A DNA stretch of 62,270 bases, the filler included, from Hausera hauseri (Eukaryota): the NCBI GenBank assembly GCA_046269625.1. It is 11 parts of 11 records of this genome, joined end to end, with 100 filler letters (N's around TTAATTAATTAA, not from the genome) between each part and the next. Parts side by side here need not be neighbours in the genome. Positions count along the whole stretch, not along the records: positions 20,450 to 30,878 come from JBJURY010188860.1; positions 30,979 to 35,480 come from JBJURY010551562.1; positions 35,581 to 44,789 come from JBJURY010432138.1; 8 more parts are not named here. One strand, written 5' to 3'. The position numbers and the translations under genes are program-made. Below the pieces are notes generated by a model, which was given only the letters and a program-made list of their open reading frames with translations, was not told where the DNA came from and searched no databases. Below, piece by piece: positions 24,570 to 35,619 of this stretch. Numbering within the stretch: the stretch's first letter is position 1; each line of letters starts with the position of its first letter.

Positions 24570-27500
24570 CCCTCAACTTCGTACGACCATGTTGACATAC
24601 CACTATACCCTGCTTGCCATTTGTCATCGTTATTTTCATTCTCACTTTATGTCAGTAACAATTTCATACAAACAGTATATATCACACAACTTATGAAAAC
24701 ATTACAATTACACACTCTCGTTTATAATACCACTGCTTATACAGATCTTTACCTGACTCACAACGGTTTCATTTTAACCGACCTTACACATATCATGGCC
24801 TCACATCACCATCTGTGTATACATATCAATCCTAGAATCCGCGGCAGTATAATTGCTCCACTAAATAGTGACACAACCGATAAATCGGCCACAAAGCCCA
24901 AACCAATTTTCTACTACCCCAAACCAAATCATCCACCTGCATCAACCGATGCAAATTCTTCTTATAAAAACCCTATCAATACTACACCTCATTGCACTGA
25001 ATAATTTATAGACAATGAGAAGTCTAGTAAAACCTGGTTCCAATTCCACCAACTCTGTTTACAGTCCAACGGTATCACAGAATCGTTATCCAAAGCCCAT
25101 AACCTACTTTATCTTCTACCGAACTTTATAAAAGCCTCAATCCATAACTTACTGGACATTTTCCAACACCCTGACCCTTATACACAATTGTTCAATGCTG
25201 TGTTGAAACAGACAGAACCATAAATTAATTCAATAATACAGCGTTTCTTTAATGAAAACGCAATGGGGACACAAAAACCTAGTGATTTCCTACGCACCTC
25301 GTTGGCTTACTTACGTACCTTAGACGTAACCAAGGAACATAACCCTGATCTACTTCGACAATATTTCCTTAACGCTTTACCAATTCAGGTCAGGGCTTTG
25401 CTTACCGTTGTTGAAGATTCTACAGCCCTAGATAAGCTAGCTGAATTGGCCGATAAAGCACACGAAGTATTACAAATCCAATCACAATCTATCATATCAG
25501 CCGCTATTACCACCGATGATAGTCAACGACAAACATTTATTGAGCTCCAATTAAACCAATTACGCGCCGAAAATTCAGCACTCCAACACACCATCAACAC
25601 TATCAATGATAAACTGAATGACCTTTCTTTACATCGACGGAATGTTTCGTCGTCTCATTGAACACGTTCTCCTTCCAGAAATCGGACACCGTCACCAACG
25701 CGGCCATTAATATGTTATTACCACAACAAATTTAACAACAAAGCAAATAAATGCTGTTTAGAATGTAGCTATTATTCATCGAATCTACACTCTGATAACA
25801 TAATTTGTATATATCACGCAAAATTCCGACATAATGCACGCAAATGCATTTCAGGTTGCACGTTTAAAATCAACCCCCACTATGCAAATAACGAACGTAC
25901 AACTTTCATTTCTAACAGTCGCCCAGATTCTCCGTTTTCAAAAAGTTAACTTCGCCGCCAGAGTTTTCGGCAAGCACTGGCAAAGGCAACTCTTTACTTC
26001 CTAATGGCCGAAAAATTTCTTTCGTCCTGTTCACATTAAAAGCCTCCACCATCGCACCGACATCTCAACACATAGATTTTCCCATCGATTCAGGTGCAGC
26101 GACTTCTATACTACTGCTCAGCTTTCCAACTCAACACACTCCATCAAAAATTAAACCTTTATTTACAACTTTGGGATAACCACTACATGTTTCCGGTACA
26201 TGTAGGCTTTCTTTTATCCTTCCGAAATTTATTGAAACGTTCCACTGGATATTTACCATCGCAAATGTCCAAACAGTTATTTTAGGATCTGATCTTCTTG
26301 CGCATTATAACCTCCTTGTCGATTGCAAACAACGCTGTTTAACAAGTGGTCGCAATAAGGAGCGATTTTATCACGACGACACAATTTCGGCTGTCGTACC
26401 AGTGAACGCAACTCAATAGCCGATATTAAAAAATCGTTACACAAGCCTTCTTCTTACAACCATTGCACCTTGCTTTATAAATCACTAAAGAACAGTGTTA
26501 CTGACCATTGGGATTTGCACAGCGATGGAAGTAATTTTGATACCACTGCCAAATCCTTCGATAAAACTACAAACTACAATACCATCTTCAATACTACTAT
26601 CCTGCATCGAATACCACTTCATTCTAGGCCACCAAATAAAGTCCAAATTGCTACTGTTACTGATACAGCCAAAGTTATCGATAAGACCTCTTTGCTACCA
26701 CAAAATTTTTCACAATTACCTGCAAATCTGAAGCAATTCATCCACGTATCTCGTCCCAGAATAATTCAAAAAGATAAGTCTTTTACACCGGCAAATACCA
26801 CTTTTCACCATATTGTGACACAATATTAAAGGCCTATCTGCCAAAAGCTGCGTCCTTTATCGCCTCGTTGTAGACGGGCAGTTGAAACCGAATTTCTAGA
26901 ACTAGAACGTTCCGAAATTGTACGTCGCTCAAAATTCCTATGGTCGTCACCATTACATGTCGCACAAAAGAAGGACAGAACTTTTCGACCATGTGGCGAT
27001 TATCGTCAGTTGAACACTTTGACAATAATGGATGCATACCCGTTACCACTCATTAAGGATATCTTACATCGTCTTCACTCAACTGCCATTTACACTACCA
27101 TCTATTTATCCAAAATCTACCATCAAATTTCTGTGGCACCTAAGGATATCGAAAAACAGCCGTCACTACTCATTTTGGCCTATACGAATACCTGTATATG
27201 CCTTTTGGCTTACGGAATGCTGCGCAAACTTTTCAACGCCACATCGATACTATCCTTTCCGATTTTTCATATGCTCATCCTTATATCGATGACATATTAA
27301 TTGCTTCTTCCTCAATCAAACAACACGAAGAACATTTCAGATCAATTTTTCAACGCTTACACCAGCAGAACTTGCAAATAAATTTTGCTAAATGCCATTT
27401 TTCCAAGAAGCGTATACGTTTTCTTGGTCAAGTTATTTCTGCCGAAGGTCATTCACCTGTCTGATCGAGTTGAAGCCTTAAAAAACGTGCAGCTACCTCG

Positions 27501-29411
27501 TACAACAACACAAATGAGGAGCTTTTTGGGCACCTTACATTTCGTCCACAAGTATGTGCCATACTGCTCCGAACTTATTGCACCGTTTGCTCATCTTAGT
27601 AGTGGAAAGAAACTCCAACTAATACTATGGACTCCTGAACTTGTAAACAAATTCAAAAAGCTAAGAGAAGGTTTAAAAACGGGAAATATTGGCTTTTCCC
27701 AAGCACGATGCACAGCTGATCCTCACTACAGACACCTCCACCACCTCTGTGGGCGCCGTACTTCATCAAATCCATAAGGATGAGAACCAACCTTTGGAAT
27801 GTTTTTCACGCAAGTTAACACCTCCCGAAACTAGATACTCCACCTTCGACCGAAAACTACTGGCGATAATTCTTGCTTTAACACATTTCTCACATTTACT
27901 GACTGTCGACGTTTCAACATACAAATCGATCACAAATGTTTAATCAACATCATGACGATGAAACATCCATCATCTAGGTAGGAACGTCAGATCTCATACT
28001 TGTCGACATTCAATTGTGAGATCAAACACATTAACGGTGTAAACAACTTAGTCGCCGATTTCCTTTCGAGATCCGTTAGTTCCATCAATTTTAAACCTAT
28101 ATTCATACAAGATCAGCTGCAAAAAAATCAACCACCTTTAGACATGCTTAAATCTTTTCGATCTTACAACATTATTGATGGCGTAGCTTTCGACACTTCC
28201 AAACAAGGTCATTCCGTAATAATTCTCGCACCACCTTTACAACGTCAAGCGTTTAACAGAGTACATTCGATGCATCATTCTGGGACTAAAGGAACTTTTC
28301 GTTTGCTCCACCTGCAAGTAATATGGCCGACTATGCGTTCCGGTGTGCCAGCATGGGTTAATAAGTGCGTGGCCTGCCAGAAATTTAAAATTACCAAGCA
28401 TTTGAAGCCACAACTTTATCATTGCCCTTGCACATCACGTTTCGAGTCTGTTTATGTTGATCTAGTCTGCCCTCTTCCTCTTGACAACGGTCATCAATTC
28501 ATTTTGACCATGATGGATCGCACATCACGTTGGCCAGAAGCTGTCCCTATACGGAGTATTAACACAGACACGATAGCCGATGTTTTATACGCACGTGGGT
28601 CAGTAGATTTGGATTCCCTAAATTCTTTATTACAGACCAAGGCACATAGTTTGAGTCCAATATTTCTAAGTCTCTCGTTAACCGATTAAGAATCAGTCAC
28701 ATCCACACGTCACCGTATTACCCTCAATCGAATGGTCTTCTAGAGAGATTCCATAAAACATTAAAATCGTCATTGAGGATCCTCGCAGAATAAAATAGCT
28801 GTTAAACTACTCTCCTTCCGCTTGTTCTTTTGGGTTGGCGTAATGCACCTTCTACCTCTACAGGTTGTTCACCTACCGAAACCCTTTTCGGAACACCTGT
28901 ACGTTTGTTTGAATTAACAGTCTTAGATGCTACACCGACAGACAAAGCTATTCGATCAGCGCAAGACCATTTTGTTTCAGTCAGTCAAGACTCCTTCTAT
29001 AGGATCTTGAATAACAATAGAACATACTTACCGGAGGATCTATATTCTGCAAAATTCGTCTGGTTGAGAAACCAAATGCTTTGCGCTTTTCAACCACGGT
29101 ATTCTGAACCTTAAAAACTTGTGCAATTGCATTCCCACAATGCCATTTTTCTTAAAGACGGCAAGGAACTAGTGGTGCACATCAACAACGTTAAGCCCGC
29201 CTTTTTCGTCGATGATGCACCTGAAACCAAACCCGCTACACCTTCTCTGCCGCCACCGCTTTTTCCATCTAATATTCCTCCAAATTCTCCACCTACCCCG
29301 TTACTAAAATTTACTCCTCAAACTCCTTCCATTAATCTCCCAATTTTTCCTCCTTTTCCTACTACATTTTCACCTCCAGTCCACAGGGGGGGGTATTGTG
29401 GTACTATCACA
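24570..29411 (+). mobile_element. Ty3/Gypsy element (family B): gag-PR-RT-RH-IN, decayed, ending in a PPT (AGGGGGGG) plus TGTGG
   Basis: Gag QKPSDFLR and two CxYHxKF..A.KC knuckles; IDSGAA; MPFGLRNAAQTFQR...YIDD; YSTFDRKLLA; MDRTSRWPEA; PPT at ~29385. Confidence 0.92.
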
Positions 29412-29529
29412 GTTATTTCAGTTGATAATTATATCTACAGCGACTTTGACGTATTTGATAAAGTTTATTGGTCGAGCATCTGGCACATACGGAATGGAGA
29501 ATTTTAGATTTACGATTCTTTTCGATTGC

Positions 29530-30094
29530 TCAATAAATTTGTCTTGAAACTGCAAGTGCAAAAAATCCAAATATTACGTTCCACACGACCACAGCAGCAC
29601 CAACAAAAGTAAAGCAAAGTCGTGAATGGAGATATCGAAAACTCATAAATGGGGCAGAACACCAATAGAGCATTTCCATAAGAAAAACAGGAAGAAACGT
29701 CTGTTTAGTGTATTCATAGTCCGACTTGAAATTCCAATTTCTATCTGACGATTCATTAACAAATAAATATGCGACAATAATTGGTGGAGAAATAAGCATC
29801 TGGTCCATAATTACTTTGGTTATAACTGCATGTCGGCCTTTTACAAGATTAGTGTCTGCAAGCCAATGTCTAAGAAAAACCATAACAACCCGACTTTAAA
29901 TCGATATGGTTTTCATTTTGTAATTTCGTGTTATGCAGAGTCAATTTGTAAAATTTATCACGGTGGTGAGCAATGGAGATATATCTAAAATTGAATTGTA
30001 CGGGAATGATCAATTCGTTAACAAGAAGTATATCGGAAGCAAAATTATAATTATTCATTGAATTGTTATATAATAGTACGTTTATGCAATCCAC
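29530..30094 (-). pseudogene. Mpv17/PMP22-family membrane protein, decayed
   Basis: TKVIMDQMLISPP...FLPVF....LYW......F.YL..RL..V....VVWN. Confidence 0.8.
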
Positions 30095-30292
30095 CGTAAC
30101 GAATCAATAATTGGGCTGTAGAGAATATTAGGCAAATTTATTTTATTGTCATGTGATGAATCTATGTACAGATTTTCTTCTTTTAAAAGAACAATTGTTA
30201 GTTCGTGATTGTTGAGAACATGGGATCCCGTGAATTTGTTATTTAAACAAATTAACATTTAAATCTGATAGTAACTTGGTCAAAGTGAATTG

Positions 30293-30637
30293 AATTGCGA
30301 CATTTGAGCGGCCGTGTGGGATTTCGCGAGCAGAAGCCAGACGCCAAGTTTTGTAAATGTTTTTGTATATATAGTTTTTGTTTTAATGTCACGATAACGA
30401 CGGACAAAATTTTAACGGTTACTTTGAAAGGTTTTAATAAAATTTTTAACTAGTTGTACCGGGTTTTCTTTTTAAAAATTTATTGTTTCCCAAGACTGTA
30501 AACGCAGATCATTAATTCCAAAGAATTATAAAAGTTCCGGATTATCTATATACCAAGTTACGTTGTTGGTGCAGAAAAATTCATACGTTGATATTTTGAT
30601 GCACCAACAAAGCCTGGTTAAGACTTGATTATTTTAA
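30293..30637 (+). repeat. Copy 2 of the ~340-bp direct repeat (hairpin 30563-30610)
   Basis: Shares the same blocks as copy 1; the hairpin arms are separated by the same 26 nt. Confidence 0.85.
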
Positions 30638-30689
30638 TGATTTAAATTGCCTAAGATACTGAATGTACGGTAAAGAAACGATTTACATA

Positions 30690-30878
30690 GGCAACAGCAT
30701 CCATGTGCTGAGCCAATTGAGAAAAATCCTCATACATGTCCTCCGTCTTGATCTGATAGATAAAACTATCAGTGTCCATATAGATCAGCTGTATGGACTT
30801 AAATGTTGGTACCATTATATCATAATGGAAGTCGTACATTAGGGTTTTTGATAGGTCCAATATTGCCATACCCACATA
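30690..30878 (-). mobile_element. Second Polinton-type PolB fragment (motif C region), from a different family than the first
   Basis: YVGMAILDLSKTLMYDFHY...LIYMDTDSFIYQIKTEDMYED. Confidence 0.88.
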
Positions 30879-30979
30879 NNNNNNNNNNNNNNNNNNNNNN
30901 NNNNNNNNNNNNNNNNNNNNNNTTAATTAATTAANNNNNNNNNNNNNNNNNNNNNNNNNNNNNNNNNNNNNNNNNNNNA

Positions 30980-32300
30980 TTAGCTTTTTTACGAAGTGGG
31001 AAGTTCAATGAAACGAAAGGAAAAATATATCAAGAAGAGATATCAAAAAGCAGATTAGATCGAGTATCAGATACAGTGGAGACACCAACTATTGTTTATT
31101 CAGCAGATCCAAGTGAAGGAATGCGATTTAAAATAGAAGGTGATACGAAGAGATGAAATCAAATTGTATATCGTACAAATTATAAAGGAATATTTTTATC
31201 TACGACTAAGATAACTGAAGCACAACGAAACATATATAAGTCGGAAGTCAATCCACATTTGTACTTCGACAATAAGATCGATTTTATTCACCACTTCCAG
31301 CAAGAAAACATTTACGTTATGTATCGAGAAATAATACTGAATGATTGTAAATTAAATAGAAAAATAATTAGAAATCAGATATATCTATCAGCAATTACTG
31401 ACTGTATAATGAAAGATCTAGCTGAATCACCCAATGCGGAAGGAAAGTTCGCACGAACAGTGGGTGAAATGCTCATAACCTTCGAGTGTACAAAGGTGGC
31501 TGTCAAACTAAGATCAACTACCGATTGTATGATGGAGCTACCTGTTTGGTACAAAGAAAAACCACGTTTCTTACAACCAATTACACGGATATTATTGGAT
31601 CCTGCAGAAAAACCATATGTACATCAAAATTGTACATACACTATGTCGCCAGCATTCCGACTAAGTGATAACTTATGGATGAGGATGCCAAAGAAGGAAC
31701 AGATTACACCACCTCGTAGAATTAGTCTGATCAATCTAAAAACGAAACAAACGCATAAACCATTAACGGATTTAGTAAAAATGGGAGTGTATTCCGAACA
31801 AGATATGGAAAATCATAGAAGAATGATGATGTTTCCTCAACAAAGACAAAACGTTTTAACGGAAATGGAAATGAAAATGTTAGCTGATCACACTGGAAAG
31901 GCTAACTGGGAAAATATAATGGGGCCGGAGTATGCTAAACGCATTGCTAAAGATATATTCGCGACCGCATGGGGATGGTACATGTGGTTTGGTCAATTTG
32001 ATTCTGGATGGCTAGGATTTTATTACATTTTCGCTTTTATAGAAGAAATTTTGACCATGGTAACCAAAGGGTATGGTATTAAGCAAGCCGCTGGTTGCAC
32101 TTGGAAAATTATCTATGCACTAATCCCATCCATAGCTAGTTGCTTCTTGATAAAAAAGAATGCTGAATGGAAACAGAAAAATAAAAATAGGGATGAAGAT
32201 AATAACAACTATGATGAGAATAAACCTCCAGTAGAGAAGATAAAATCTAAACCAGTAGAGGATACAAAAAATTCATGGAGCTTAATGACTGCTAGAAGTA
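30980..32300 (+). CDS. Chuvirus-like (gB/class III) envelope glycoprotein, C-terminal portion with membrane-proximal and TM segments; 5'-truncated by the gap, one internal TGA
   Basis: YFDNKID...LNDCKLNRKI..NQ; GKFARTVGEML..FEC.KV.V.LR.TTDC..ELPV.Y....FLQP.TRIL; GVYSEQDM..HRR.MMFP; W.WFGQF..GWLG.YYIF followed by hydrophobic helices. Confidence 0.75.
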
Positions 32301-32479
32301 AGAAACGAAGAACCTTACTTTCAGATATTCCTAAAATGCAAAAATGGAACGAATACCCCATGGAACAATCACACTTTATGTCTTTTAATGAATATATAGA
32401 CATACACTGTTCAAGTGATGACGACAATTATGATCCAAAACACGTAAAACTGATGTTTTACCCGTCAGCACCAAAAGAT

Positions 32480-35400
32480 GCTTTAATAGCTATCATAGAA
32501 GGAGGTAAAATAATTCCAAAAACAGTAATTTAAATAGATGGTTATTCCATTACTGCAATAATCGATACTGGAGCATCGGCTTCAATGATTTCACGCAAAC
32601 AATTGCCGGACCAAGTAAAGAAAAAGTTACAAAAGCCAACGGAAAACATTACGAATGTTGGAGCATTTGGAACTAGAATACAAGTAAAATATTTGATTAA
32701 ATGCGAGACAAAAGTCCTCAATCAAAAATTTGAGCAGGAATTCAGAATAGCTGATGAATTGGTGGCCGAAGCCATACTTGGTTGTGATGAGCTAACAAAA
32801 TTAAAAGATATGTGTATAAATTTGAAGACTCAACAAATCCAACAATATCGAAAAATAAAGACTGAGAAAAAGGATACCGTATCTATCAAGGAGGATGTCA
32901 TAATAACAGCTAGAGCGGAAGTAGTATTAAAGGCACTAGTAGAAAGTAGGGATGAAGAGGATGTTTATTTTGAACCAAACGCAACCTTTCTGGATAAGAA
33001 TGAGCTATGGTTAGCCAATACAACTGATAATATTCAAGAACATCAATTGATTGTTCGATTGGCTAATGTTTCAAATAAACCAAAATTATTAAGAAAAGGA
33101 ACTAGAATTGCTTATGCATATATGTAGTAAAAGATATAGCTAATAATGCAACAGAAGATATTATTTCCACTGTTCAGGAATTGTCTGATTTTATGGAAAG
33201 ACAACAATGTAAACCACAAATAAAGAGTGGAATGCAATTGGAAGATGAATCGGTGAGTAAATTGAAAAGTCACCTAAATAAGAACAAAATGACGAAACTT
33301 ATTAAAACTCCTATTAACTGGAACGACTATGATTTGTTTGGTAAGAACAGTATGTTGACAGATGCGGAGAAAGTAGGCATAGAAAAAATATTACAACAAT
33401 ATAAGGATACCTTCGCAATAGACGAATACAACATGGGTATAATACCTGTTATTACACATGAGATCAAACTGAAAGCTGGAATGGAAACCCCTATTAAAAC
33501 GAGACCCTATCGACTTAATTATGACAAACGAGAAAAGGCCAAAGAAATAATAGCCGAGATGAAAGAACATGATATAATTAGACCAAGTAACTCGCCATGG
33601 GCGGCACCTATAGTGATGGTACAAAAGAAAGACGGACCCATTAGAATGTGTGTAGACTATCGCGCCCTGAATGAAGTAACAGTGGACAACACGTATCCAC
33701 TACCGAGAATTGATGAGATATTGGATAAGTTAAAGGACAAGATGTTATTTACTACATTGTATTTACAGAAAGGTTTTTGGCAAATAGAAGTACAGGAAGA
33801 AGATAAACAGAAAACTGCTTTTGTAACCGCGGATTGACATTACGAATTTAACTGAATGTCATTTTGAATGAAGAACGCTCCAGCAACCTTCCAGACGGCT
33901 ATGGACATAATTATTATGGATGCTCCACACATAATGTGTTATGTTGATGACGTTATAATTGCCTCAACCAACTATAAACAGCATAAGGAACACCTAAAAT
34001 ATATGCTGGAGAGATGTGCACTCCTAGGAATTAAAATTAGTTTAAAGAAATGTTGCTTTGCCCAAACCAAAGTTGCCTTTCTGGGTCTTACAGTAAGTAG
34101 AGAAGACATTAGTCCACAGATTGGAAAAATCAATAAAATTCAAGACCTTCCAGTCCCAAAAACAGTTAGAGGAGTTCGAAAATTTCTTGGTCTTACGGGG
34201 TACTATCGGAAAGTTGTTAAGGACTATCAACAAATAGCTTCTCCTCTACACTGGCTATTACAGGAGAATTCAAAACTTGTATGGACTCAAGAATGCCAAA
34301 AAGCTTACCAACAGCTAAAGTATAACTTATTGGCTCCACCGATATTAGCATATCCTAATATGTCAAAACCATATTTCTTAGCAACGGATGCCAGCAAAGT
34401 TGGAATTGGAGTTGTCTTATCACAAAAGGATGACCAAGGACAAGAACATCCAATATCGTACGGAGGAAGAAAATTGAGAAAACATGAGTGAAATTATTCA
34501 ACAATCGAAAGAGAATTAATTGCGATTGTATATGCATTAGAACAATATGGCCAATATTTATCGGAGACCAAACCGATTGTTATTTATACTGACCATAAAC
34601 CACTACAATGGCTGAAAAATCAAAAATCCGAATAGTCGTATAATGAAATGGACCATGTTATTACAACTCTACGATTTAAAGTTCGAGTATAAAACCGGTA
34701 AGGCTAATGCAAATGCCGATTACATGTCAAGAATACCCGAAGATGTAGAACAAAAAGAGGAGGGAATAATAAAGGATAAACCGGGTGTCATAGAAGCCAT
34801 CTGGAGTATAACAGAGCAAGAAAAATCGTTGCAAAACAACAAGATAATGAGCAAATAAAACAGATTAAAGAATACCTCCATAAGAAAATGATACCAAAAG
34901 ATATTGATCTTCATACTCATTTAGTAAAATTTTCTGAAAACTATAAAACAAAAGATGGCATACTCTACTATAACTATAAAGGGAAATTAGTTATTGTTGT
35001 CCCCCAAGACATGAAGTTATTACTAACCCAATATCATGATGGTATGTTGGGTGGACACCAATCAAGGTAACGAACTCTAGGCAGACTTAAGAGAAAATAT
35101 TATTGGTACAACATGTCCAAGGACGTAGAAGAATGGTGCAAAAGTTGCCCTATCTGTCACAAAGAAAAATACAGGAACAAAAATCAAGGTCCCTCTTAAA
35201 CCAGTGGAATGCCCACCAGCCCCAATGGAATTCACAGCAATGGAATTCCTAGGACCTCTGCCTATGACGATAAATGGAAACAAGTACATGCTAGTATTTG
35301 TTGACTTATTTTCCAGATGGCCAGTCGTAGTCCCAATACCGGATCAAAAGGCTCAAACGATCGCACAAGCATTCGTCGAAGAAATTGTGTTTAACTACGG

Positions 35401-35480
35401 AGCACCTACTAAATTATTAACTGATCAAGCTCCCAATTTTACAGGAGAAGTAATGGCGGAGATCTCAAAAATTTTTCAAA
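32480..35480 (+). mobile_element. Ty3/Gypsy pol (family C): PR, dUTPase-like spacer, RT, RNase H and IN; decayed
   Basis: IIDTGASAS; SPWAAPIVMV..RMCVDYRALN; YVDD; TDASKVGIG; ERELIA; HDGMLGGH; FLGPLP..VDLFSRW..TDQ. Confidence 0.95.
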
Positions 35481-35619
35481 NNNNNNNNNNNNNNNNNNNN
35501 NNNNNNNNNNNNNNNNNNNNNNNNTTAATTAATTAANNNNNNNNNNNNNNNNNNNNNNNNNNNNNNNNNNNNNNNNNNNNACGGTCATACCCAAAATTGG
35601 TGTCAGAAGTTGTCGTCGC

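Noticed and set aside
29412-29530. Possible continuation of DPAGT1 after the Gypsy element (TLTYLIKFIG)
   Set aside because: The similarity is too short to support by eye. If true, the Gypsy element would simply be nested in the fragment chain.
32860-33127. dUTPase-like spacer between protease and RT as a novelty
   Set aside because: This degenerate domain is common in animal Gypsy pol proteins and is also present at ~14.7-14.9 kb.
11928-33867. UGA recoded as Cys (TGA at apparent Cys positions in the RING ORF and the glycoprotein)
   Set aside because: Other in-frame TGAs replace Gly or Arg in RT motifs (33835-33867), and TAA/TAG stops and frameshifts are also common. This is ordinary decay.
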